Below, one piece after another: positions 53,327 through 64,000 of a stretch of 64,000 nt of DNA. The notes under the pieces are model-generated. The model saw nothing but the letters and a program-made list of their open reading frames with translations. It did no database searches and was not told where the DNA came from. Position numbers and translations under genes: made by a program. The DNA comes from the human T2T-CHM13v2.0 reference genome, Homo sapiens, in the NCBI RefSeq assembly GCF_009914755.1, contig NC_060938.1; one strand, 5' to 3'. Numbering within the stretch: the stretch's first letter is position 1; each line of letters starts with the position of its first letter.

Positions 53327-53400
53327 ACACCGGAAGAAATAGAAAGATTGACAGTCGATGAAGACCTCAGTGATATTGAAAGGGCTGTTTATCTGCTCAG
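53327..53400 (+). CDS. PPP4R4: PPP4R4 coding exon 2 (TPEEIERLTVDEDLSDIERAVYLLS)
   Basis: ttttacccttgacag|ACACCGGAA...CTGCTCAG|gtattt; 74 nt, phase 0-2, open and in frame with exon 1. The gene continues beyond the window. Confidence 0.95.
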
Positions 53401-56324
53401 GTATTTCCTAGTCTTTCTGTGAAATTGCTCTTCTTTTTTCCCTGTGCAGCAGAGATGAATGCTTTCTAAAATGTATGTTCGCGTTATGTTCAGATTTACT
53501 TAGCCACTTGAACAGAGTACTTTTGTGTGCATAGTACTTAACTATATTATAAATTAGATTTGGCTATGGACTTATGACTTTGAGAATTTAAATAAAATAC
53601 CTAATTTATAGAATGTTGCTTGGAGGAGCAAGAGCAGATGGTTGGAGTTGAACCTCATCCTTTTTTTCTTTTCTGGCTTTGGTTTTTCTCGCGTAAGATT
53701 CAGTAAGTTTACATGAGACTTGAGTATACAGTGATTAGTTTTAAGTTCATTGTAGAGTAGGAACATTATACGGGATCTACTATACGGAAAAAAATCCACA
53801 AATATGGTAGTTCATTTTGCTGTTCAGGATATCCTGTTTGTATTACTTTTGCCGTGCAAGCTTTATGATTTTGTCTGAGGGGTTTTAGAAATTTGGTTGA
53901 GCCTACTGTCATTTCAATTTCAAACCATCTCACAGGCTCTACAGAATTGCTTAAGGCAAATGGTTATTGCAAATATTTACAAGATTTTTCTGAACTATTT
54001 AAAACATTGTCTTGTAGATTGAGCATCTTAAAAACTAATACAGTGAACATGAATGATGTTTTAATTAATTGATTAAAATCCTTTAGAAACAAATTTCCTA
54101 CAGCATTTTGCGTTTATTTAAAATTGTTCATTAGCTTACACAACATATTTTTCCCTTTTGGCAAATTAGTCACTCTTTTTTTTTCCAGAATCAGGTTTTG
54201 AAAACTGATGTAATTTACCTCCTAGGATATTTGTCACCCTTGTTTCCTTAGTTCAGCGCCAGTTTCAGGTACTGGCAAGTTTCTCGTTCTCCTTTCTTGT
54301 TTACAGATCATGTTCCAGTCCCATGTTACTCATTGAATGATTCTGTAAAAAAAAAAAATCCCTCTCCAGGTCTTCAATTTTCTTAATTACTTTTTTAGCC
54401 TTCTAAAAGTGGCATCATGAGTTTCTGTTGTAACTTTAGTCAGAATATCAGCATATTTACCATGTAGACCATTCCCTCTGATAATTGTATCATTTAGAAA
54501 TGTTTCTGCATCTTAGACTTTATGTTGATGTTATTTTCCCCCCTCTTTGGGGTATCTGTGGTAGCATGCTCTCATCATTTCTATTTACTTCAAAGAAAAC
54601 TTCTATTTATGTGTGAATTCAACGGTATGTGTTTTGGGTGTTTACTTAGAGAATAATCCAACTTTTAACCCATTTTCATATTGTGTTATATTTGGAATAC
54701 TTTATTCCTTAACAATTAACATGTTTATTATGATGAACAATAGATGTCAACATTTGCCTTTTCCCACAGTTCTTTTACTCAAAGTAGGTAGAAAATTGAT
54801 GAAAGTGTGGACAAATGTGTTTTAATCTACAACAGTTAATGATTTGAAATAAACTCCTGTTTATTCCTACTGAATTCTTTTCTTTAGTATAAACACTGGC
54901 TTAGAATTAGGAAATGGAGAGTCTTGCTCTATTTACTTGTGATAGAAGACACCGTATTCTAAATATCAGTGATAAGGCTTCTTTTTAAGGAAAGCTTATT
55001 TGTTTTCTATTTTGCTTTTATTGTTTGTTAGCAAACTAGGTTGTCTGAGTTGTCTTTATTTCTCAGACTCAACATCAGTTTCGCTCAGTTCTGGAATTTA
55101 CAAAGCCCTTAAAGAGACAGATGGGCCCTCTCATTCTTGGACAAGAGAATTTTAAAAGAGATTCAATATCTCCTTTAGTTTCTTGTGGCTCACCTACCTT
55201 GAAGGAGGTTTGCAAGGTGACTCACAAGGGGAACACTGGTTTGGTTATGTATGGATTCTCCAACTGAGTTCTTCTTTTGTATCCCTACCATCTTACCACC
55301 TCCTGGGGGAATGTGGGATTTCACCTTAGTCCAGCTTTGGGAGGGATGATGCCAAGAATGCCTGAAAGGGTCTTTCTTCCCTGGGATTCAGGGGAGGGGA
55401 CAGGATTGTTTCATAGAGATGTTCTGAACTTTGCCTCTGTTTAGGCCTTCTCATCTTCTCTCATGTATTGAGCCTGCTATTGTAGATGTAATTTATTCCT
55501 TTTTTTCTAGTTTGTACTTTGCTGAGTCCTTTTTTCCGTCTGTCATTGATTTTCAGGTTTATTTTTGAGCACTTTACCTTTTCCTCTGCATTGAATATTA
55601 TATAAATGTATAATATATAACATGTTATATATATATTTTCTCTCTGCTTTTATGTGTCAGGTTTGTTTCTTTAGTTCTTTTATTTTGTGTATTGAAACTA
55701 TTTTGGAGTATTATGTTAAATTAGAATTCAAAGTCAGATGTGTAAGCATCAGTAAGCAATGCTTTATATTAGTGGGGTTCTGATAGCATTTAGATTGAAT
55801 CCAGTATCTGAAAAAAGCATTTTATATATAGAGTACTGTCATCGATAAAAAACAAATTATACTGTTCATTGTCTTACCCTGAAATATGACATGTCAGTTA
55901 TTAATGACATTTTCACAATTAAGTTTAGAATATTACAGTCTTCAAAGATTTGACACAGATGAATTTGTGGTTTTGCATACGTGCGATACTGATATACCCA
56001 TCTGTGGCATTTAGCACTGAAGCAAAACAACTTTCCTAATAGTCACAGCTTGTGTCTTAGTCAAAATCATATCTTATCTTTTTCCTGTTTTTTCTCTTCT
56101 TTGTGATTTTGCGTATATTTTTGGAATGTACTTAAAACATGTGAGTGATTTTATTATAGAAGAATCCTAAGTATGTATACTGTGCTTTCATTAGGTAAAT
56201 CTTTACTTGTATATTTCTGATTGTCTACCAGATAAAGTGTAGACCCTGAAGGCTGGCATTCAGAATACTCCATAGGTGACTCTATCTTAGCTGTGCAATG
56301 TGATGTCCCACCAGTCCCTCACTT

Positions 56325-56770
56325 TTAAAAATGGCTTTACTGAGATATAATTCATAGTCCTTGTAGTTCACCCATTTAAACTGTACAGTTGAGTTTTAGT
56401 ATATTCACAGAATTGTGCAACCATCACTGCAATCAATTTTAGAACATTTTCATCACCCCCAAAAGAAACCTTGTACTATTAGCAGTTGCTCCTCAGTACC
56501 AACCCTCTCAGCCTTTGGGAACCACTATTCTGCTTTCTGTATCTATGGATTTGCCTATTCTGGAGATTCCTAAACACGGAATCATACAGTATATGGCCTT
56601 TTGTGACTGACTTCTTTCACTTAGCATAATGTGTTCAAGGTTCACCCATGTTGTAGCAGCTATCAGTAGTTTATTCCTTTTTATTGCAGTGTAGTATTCT
56701 ACTGTATGGATATAGCGCTTTTGTTTAGCCATTCATCAGTTGATGGATATTGGGTTGTTTCCACTTAATT
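56325..56770 (-). mobile_element. L1MB 3' end in PPP4R4 intron 2
   Basis: tttactgagatataattc...ggatttgcctattctgga; ORF 56508..56732 is L1-derived. Confidence 0.75.
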
Positions 56771-57865
56771 CTTCACTTTTTGATTCAGTCATGCTGGCCT
56801 TTTCACTGTTACTCAGTTTCATTGTGTTTATCCTTAATTTTTGCTTTTCCTCATCCTGGAGTACTCTTTCAATATATCCTTATCCAACATACACCATCTC
56901 TAGGATCCAGCTGTAATCTTACATCTTTCATAAAGTCTTCTCTAACTGCTTAAACCACATGGATCCCAGGCTTCTTTGAGCTCCGTTATCACTTAGTGGC
57001 GCTTTCTTCAATTGGCCATTAATCACTGATTTACATTCCTTAACTGTGTGTGCATGTTTTCTTCAGTAGATTGTAAGGTCCTGGAGGACAAGCTTTTAGA
57101 GGACAAGGGCAAGCTTTCTTGTTGTTGTTCTTTCTTGTTCTTCGCTGTGATATAAATATATGCCTCTTAATGGAATAAAGAGTATTTAAGATGACCATAC
57201 TGCCAGATGAATTAAGGAACTTCTGATATTTTTGATTTTAGGTATTATGAGTCATATCTTGTTCCACAATTTATTATCTATGTGACAGTGGTGAAGTTAG
57301 TTATGGTTTTCGAGCCCTGCTTTTCATTTGTAAAGTGGAAATAATCATTCCCTTTTCCCAGTGTGGTTGAAGCACCTGGCACATAATAGGCATCCCGTTA
57401 CTGTTAATTCCCTTCTGTCTCCTTTTCCCTTTCCCTACTTCCTTGCTACTTAGGTGCTCAAGTTACATTTAAAACTTTAAAAGAGGATAATGGTATTAAT
57501 TTTGCCTTCCAATAATTTAATAAACGGACAAAGTATACCAACTGAAGTTTGTGATAGATATCCATTAACTTCGTTTGCTAATAGTATTTATCAGAAATTA
57601 GAATCTTCACAAATCATAATTAAGCATTTTTAACTGAGTAATAGTAAGGTCAGCCTGTTGATTTATATTTTCTTACCAAATGACCCTAAGTAATATTTGC
57701 TATTATGCATTAAATGTATTGATTGGTTAATGTACTGAGACTAGCTTTTATGTTGCTTACTTTTAAAGTCACTTGTGACTTTAAAAATATTTTTCACTTT
57801 GTGCTGTGACTTTTAAAGCATTTTGAACTTTGCTTTCCCAGGGCAGTCAGATAAAGAGCTTTGCT

Positions 57866-58050
57866 TTTTTTTTTTTTTTTTTCTTTTTTCTTTTTTAAAG
57901 ACAGGGTCTCACTGTGTTTCCCAGGCTGGAGTGCAGTGGCTATTAACAGGCACGGTCACAGTGCTCTAACTCCTGGGCTAAAATGATCCTCCCACCTCAG
58001 CTTTCTGAATAGCTGGGACTACAGAAGGCACACACCACCTCCACAGCCAC
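57866..58050 (-). mobile_element. Alu monomer (FRAM/AluJ half)
   Basis: Poly-T plus agacagggtctcactgtg...agctgggactaca. Confidence 0.75.
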
Positions 58051-58487
58051 TGCCCCCGATCATAAAGTGCATCTTTATTTGGAACTTTTTTTTTTAACTT
58101 TCTCTTCCTATTTTTTAAAGAGTAAGTGCTCCCCCTAGTGATATGAAAGAGTGAGATTTCTGCAGTCAAATCAGTGGAAATAAACAAGTGTTGTACCATG
58201 TGAGAACTCTGGCGTACTTCTTCTTGGGTTAAAGACTAGGATAGGGTAGCAATGAGACAGTAAGGAAGAACTCCAGTGATTAAAGCTTTGCTACCCACCT
58301 AGCTTTTGGTTGTTTTTCTTTTAAAATACCTATCTTATTTGCTATCCCAAAGTGGAAAGTTGTGTGAAAAACTCCTTTGAATGCCCTCCTTTTTATGACG
58401 TGTGTCCCCACATTTACTTTCATTATTGTCTTGATTTCTGTTTTTGATGCTTGCTTCCTTTCAGTATTGTTTTAGTGAGGCATGGTT

Positions 58488-58543
58488 TGTGTGTGTGTGT
58501 ATGTGTGTGTGTGAGAGAGAGAAAGAGAGAGGAAGAGAGAGAG
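58488..58543. repeat. Compound (TG)n(GA)n microsatellite
   Basis: Direct reading. Confidence 0.9.
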
Positions 58544-59529
58544 ATCACATTTGTGTTGTGCATGCATGTGTATATGTGTATATAGGTGGTCTTGAGTGAC
58601 CAGTATTGCTTGCTCAGTTTTCTTTAGTGATACACAGGAGAGGACTTTTGCATTCTTCACAATTAAGATAGATAGTTGGTTAGTTAATACAAACAATTGG
58701 CTAGAATCATAAAATCACAAATGTTACATATTTTCAACATCAAATTTTAATGTAAACTATAAATATATTTTCATTTGCCAATCTTTTGATGTGAAGTCAT
58801 GATCTTTTCTTTGAGTATGGGTCTGCTGATTAAAGTTTGAAATTCTCCTTCTTTCATAAATCACCCCATAATGCATTTACAATATCAAGTTCAGTTTTCT
58901 TTAAAGTTGAACAAGAATTTAAATTTGCTTATGAAGCAGTCTGAAAGCATGGTTCTAGGTTTTTATGATTTTCTACTTGTGTTTTAAAAGTTTTGTTCTT
59001 CCATACTTTAGTAGCAATTTTCTTTGACAACTTATGTTTATTGAATTTAGTTTTTCTAAAACTTTTAACTTAATTTGATAGAAACAAATATATGTGTTCA
59101 TATATTTAGGTAATATTTAATTAAATTATGTAATTGCAACAGCAAGTGAAATTTGAAATAAACTAGTTTGAGAACATACTTAGCTGACTCTTAATTACAA
59201 CTCAATTAGTGAGAGTGGAATTCTGTGGGCTTTCCAGAGAGTAGCCTATTAGCGACGAGCTTTCAGCTTGCAGTTGCAAGGGAGTAGAGAGTATTGCTTA
59301 ATCAGGTCTTTTAACATCTTGTCACATCTCAAACACCTTTGTTTGAGAGAGATACATACCATCTCCTTTCCAAGTGTGCTCTGTGATGATCTTGCTTCAT
59401 TCTTGATATTCCTCTCCTGTCTCTCTGTTGTATTTGTTCCCATGGTCTGGTTTGTTCTTTGTTTGCCTTTATAGATTTAAAAAAGTAATGAATTTGGAAT
59501 ATCAGTTAAAGAAGTACTTTCATAAGCTT

Positions 59530-60175
59530 ATATTTTATTTTTTAACGCGAACTTTGAATGTATGCAGAAATGTGCACAAATCATAATACAGCTTGTTGAA
59601 TTTTCACAAGTGAACACACCCATGTACCCAGTATCCAGGTTAAAGCATAGAACATTATCATGTTAGCTTAGTAGCTTCCTTTGTATTCCTGTCCCAGTGC
59701 CCTGTACTTCCTGCAAAGGGTAGCTACTCTACTGACTTCTAACACTATACATTGATTTACCTGATTTTGCACTTTATATAGTAGGAAGCACTCTGTGTAC
59801 CTTTTGTGTATAGCTGCTTTTGCTCAATATTTTAAAAAAGAGATTTATCCATATTGTTGCATGGAGCAACAGATTGTTCATTCTCATTGCTGTATACTAT
59901 TCCATTATGTGAATATACCACAATTTATTCATTCCACTGCTGATGGACATTTGGCTTAGTTTTCAGTTTGGGGCTTTTATGAATAATGCTGTTATAATCA
60001 TTCATGTACAAGTCTCTTGGTGAATACATGTGTGCATTTCTTTTAGGTATCATTATAGAAGCCGAATTGTTGGTCATAGCATATGCCTATGTCCAGCTTA
60101 AAAGATATTGCTAAACAGTTTTCCAGTGTGCTTTGACCAGTTTGTACTTCTGCCAGCAGTGTCTGAGTGGTCCCA
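59530..60175 (-). mobile_element. L1ME 3' fragment
   Basis: aagtgaacacacccatgtacc; gaatataccacaatttattcattcc. Confidence 0.7.
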
Positions 60176-61533
60176 GCCTATATATTTTTAGGAAACAAAA
60201 GTGACAAACTTCTAGTACATAATTTCTAGCATATCAATAATGAACTTCCTAGTTAATAGCCTTTAGATGTTTCGTTTCTCTGTGCATGACTTACACCATC
60301 TAACTTTTTTTCTTTCCCTACAAGAAGGGGAGTTCTATAAGGTTTTACTTGGCTACACTGTTGGTTAGAAGACTCTCAGTTATTAGATTGTCTCTTAGGA
60401 GATGAGGCATGTTGTGTGATTAGTTTTTCTTAGAAAAAGAGAAACAAAGTGGATATTGGAGTCTACCTGCTTATGGGAGTGCTATTCTCAGTCCCTGTGC
60501 TTTTAATGATTCTAAGAGGTCCTCATTAAAAAAATTGCCCACGTTGTCATCCTCTGTGAAGATGATGTACAAATGACTTGCCTTTCTACATGGAAATTGC
60601 AGGCATCTTCATTTGTATTTTTTAGGACAGAGGGATCACTGTTTAATATATTAAGAGCAGTATATAATGGATTCCAGCTGTATACCTTCCATTATTGCTA
60701 AGGCCAAATTACTGAAGTCTTTGGCAAACCTTGAATTCCCTGTTTTGGAAAAGTACTAGGTCTGTGAATATAAAGGGTTTGGAGATTGTTTCCCATCTCT
60801 GTTTCCTTGTCTTTTGTTATGAGAACAACCATGGGAGGCATCTGTGTCTTTTTTCCTACTTACCAAACACTCAGAAAGGTTTCTTTGTGACATCTGTAGA
60901 AAGCAGAATGCTCTCATGGGATCTATAGGAAAAGCTTGAAAATAAAAAGTGAAATATTTTCATCAATGTAAAAGTGACCCATATAATGTCATTGAAAAGA
61001 CCTCTGAAAGCGTAATAACATAATGTGATGTGAGAGAATTGAGCAAAGTTTTCATCTTGTAAGCATAGTGTTTTATTACTTTAAAAAAGCCTATACAATT
61101 CTGTAGTACAAAATAATTTCATAATATAGAATAATAAAATACATTAAAATTAATCTATAAAATAAGATAATATATAAAGCAATATAAAATAAATGAGTAT
61201 ACATATTTGAATAATGTGTCAAGTTATGTAACTATCAATGTAATCATATTATAACATATGTATATCATAAATGTATATGCATGTGTGTGTATATGTTTAT
61301 TTTCATGAGCAATTAATTCATCCCAACGCTCCCTCTTGAGAAGTAGCTAAGTGAGACACAGGGACATAGGAAGATTGAGTTCTATCATAAATTATAACTA
61401 ATTAGTTCCCAGTAAAAAGTGGGAGTTGTACTGCTTGGTTCCCAGTCTTGTAATGTTGAATTGTGCAGTAGTTTCTTAGTATTGACATTAAGAATTAGAG
61501 GGCTCACCATACCAAGTGGTAAAATTCATAGCT

Positions 61534-61824
61534 TTCTTTTTTTTTTGAGACACGGTCTTGCTCTGTTCCCAGGCTGGAGTGCAGTGGTGCGATCACAGCT
61601 CACAATAACCTTGAACTTCTGGGCTCAAGTGTTCCTCCTGCCTCAACCTCCTGAGTAGCTGAGACTACAGGCACTAGCCACCATGCCTAGCTAATTAAGT
61701 TTTTTTTGTAGAGTTAGGGGTCTTGCTCTATTGCCCAGTCTTGTCTTGAACTCCTGGCCTCAAGTGATCCACCTGCCTCAACCCCGCAAGGTGCTGGGAT
61801 TATAGGTATGAGTCACCAGGCCTG
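61534..61824 (-). mobile_element. AluJ
   Basis: Reverse Alu, J-type gatcacagctcac/ctgggctcaag. Confidence 0.88.
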
Positions 61825-62490
61825 TCTTCCTTCTTAAAATTAAGATTGCATGAAGGGAATTAAAGCACTGAATAAGGTCCAATGAACTTTTAAATCTGTA
61901 CGTCTTTCAGTTTGATATTTTGGGTATTATAGTGTCTTTCATTGACTATGTTGGCTATCAAATGTGGAAAGCATAGAGAAAGTGTTTAGGGTTCTTCATA
62001 GTCATCACTTTTGGCTTATCCTTATACTGGTATAATATTGGTATATGGTAATCATGTTAGTAATAATTACAAAATCTATTATACCCTTAGAATGTAATTT
62101 TCCCTCCAATCAGAAATGTTAATAATGGAAAAGATTTGTAATGCAACTAATAGTTGCTTTACAGTATCTTATTAATTTAAGTTAAAACATATATCTGAGT
62201 ACTTATGTGCTAGGCATCTCCTGGGGAATGAAGGTCATTATACTAGCAGATACTTGTATTCAAGGAGATAGTTTAAGGAAGCAAATGCATTTTTCTTAAA
62301 TTTCAGTAGAATAGAGGTTATCCCCAATTAACAGGTACTGGGAGTCAGTGTGTTGTATTGGAAATAGTTTAAGACAGACCCAGATTTATTCTTGGAGGCT
62401 GAGGCTTGCTCATTTACTTACTGAGAGACCTTGGGTAAGTTGCTTATCTTCTGTGAGCCCAAGTCCCCTAATGTAAAATGGGAATAAATA

Positions 62491-62800
62491 GGCTGGGCAT
62501 AGTGGCTTTCACACTTGTAATCCCAGCAGTTTGAGAGGTCAAGGCAGGAAGATCAGTTGAGCCCAGGAATTCGAGACTAGCCTGGGCAATATAGCGAGAC
62601 CCTGTCTCTACAAAAAAATTTAAGAAATTATCCAGGAATGGTGGCTTGTGCCTGTTTTTTGGCTACCTGGGAGGCTGAGGTGGGAGGATCGCTTGCGCTC
62701 AGGAGTTTGAGCCTGCAGGAAGCCACGAGTGTGCCACTGAACTCCAGCCTGGGCAACAGTGTGAGACCCTGTCTCAAAACAAACAAAAAAAATAAAATGA
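62491..62800 (+). mobile_element. AluJ inserted into a MIR
   Basis: ggctgggcatagtggc...ttgagcccaggaattcgag; MIR sequence on both sides. Confidence 0.88.
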
Positions 62801-63069
62801 AAATAATAATATCTTCATTGCAGGATTGTTGAGAAGATGAGAGGAAATGTATGTATAGGGCACAGTGCTTGGTACAGGGTAGTGTTCAGTAAAGGATAGT
62901 TGTTGCTGCCCTTTTAAATCATCTGTTTGGGATTAGGAACATATTTTACTTTGGATATATAGGAAACATCCCATTTGGAAACATCCCATTTAGAAACTTC
63001 TTGTGTTACAAAGTTTCCTCTCTAGATCAGTTTTCTAGATTGGGCACCAAATTCCCCCATCTCCATTTT

Positions 63070-64000
63070 TGGAAAATAACTTTATTGAAGTATAATTTAA
63101 ATAAACTAAGTTTATAGTTTGATGAGTTTTGACAAATGGGTACACCTGTGTAACTAGCACAAAATATAGAACATTTTCATCACCCCCACAAAAGCCACTG
63201 GTATCTCTTTGCAGTTAATGCCACACCCTAACCCTAAGCAACCATTAATCTGCTTTTTGTCACTGTGGAATAATTTTGCCTGTTCTGGAATCTAGCCATA
63301 GTTTTTTATATCTCTTGGATAAATGCCTAAGAATGTTTGTTGGGTCATATGCTGACTATATATTTTTTTCATTTTTTGAAGCTTTTTGAGGTATAATTCA
63401 CATCCAATAAATCACATGTATTTAAACCATGTAATTTAATGATTTTTGACATATGTATACACGATTCAGATATTGAACATATCCGTCACTCCCAAACACT
63501 ACTTGTGTGCTTAGATTATCTCTCTCTCCCTCCCGTGAGCCCCTTCCATTCCAGGCAACCACTGATGTGCTTTCCGTTACTATAAATTAGTTTCCAATTT
63601 CTAGAATTTTATAGAAATGGATCATACAGTCTACTCTTTTGTCTGGCTTCTTTCAATCTAATTATTTTGTAGATTATCTTTGATGTTGCCTATATCGTTA
63701 ATTTACTGCTTTTTATTATTGATAATGATTCCGTTTAATGGGTATAACACATCTTGTTTATCCATTCATCAGTTGATGGACATTTGGGTAATTTTCAGTT
63801 TTCAGCTATTACAAACTTAGTGACTATACACATTCATTTATAAATCTTTATGTAGACATGTGCTTTCCTTCCTCTCTGGTAAACATCGAATTGCTGGACC
63901 ATATAGTAAATATATGTTTATACCTTTAAGAAACTGCTAAACTGTTTCTAAGGTGATGGTACCATTTTACATTTCCACCAGCAGTATATGAGCGTTTGAG
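63070..64000 (-). mobile_element. Old L1M (L1MC/MD-like) 3' fragments
   Basis: aactttattgaagtataat; caaccactgatgtgctttc; cattccaccagcagtatatgag. Confidence 0.7.

Noticed and set aside
62962-62991. Tandem GGAAACATCCCATTT x2 (similarly gaggcattccagg x2 near 22468 and tctctgactgc x3 near 28326)
   Set aside because: Ordinary slippage duplications; no spacers or array structure.

Overview
Human genomic DNA with no prokaryotic features. From the proteins I recognise it as the ISG12 cluster/PPP4R4 locus on chr14q32. It holds the complete 4-exon IFI27L2 (ISG12b) gene on the minus strand (CDS 6872->5107, 130 aa) and the CpG-island promoter plus the first two coding exons of PPP4R4 on the plus strand (51741-51857, 53327-53400; intron 2 runs off the window). 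The ~44 kb between them is mostly Alu, L1, MaLR LTRs (THE1/MST/MLT1), MIR/L2 and DNA-transposon relics, several nested with readable target-site duplications (TSDs). The most notable observation is a chain of about 11 minus-strand exon-like segments at ~30.5-36.0 kb. Most have canonical AG/GT ends and mutually compatible splice phases, and they join into a ~380-codon frame broken by several stops. This looks like a decayed, non-processed protein-coding gene (candidate unitary pseudogene) that I do not recognise. Smaller points: a possible Alu-L1 chimeric insertion, a poly(A) signal overlapping the IFI27L2 stop codon, candidate CTCF and RFX sites, and local fold-back/duplication scars. Repeat subfamily calls are from remembered consensus sequences, boundaries are approximate, and no searches were run.
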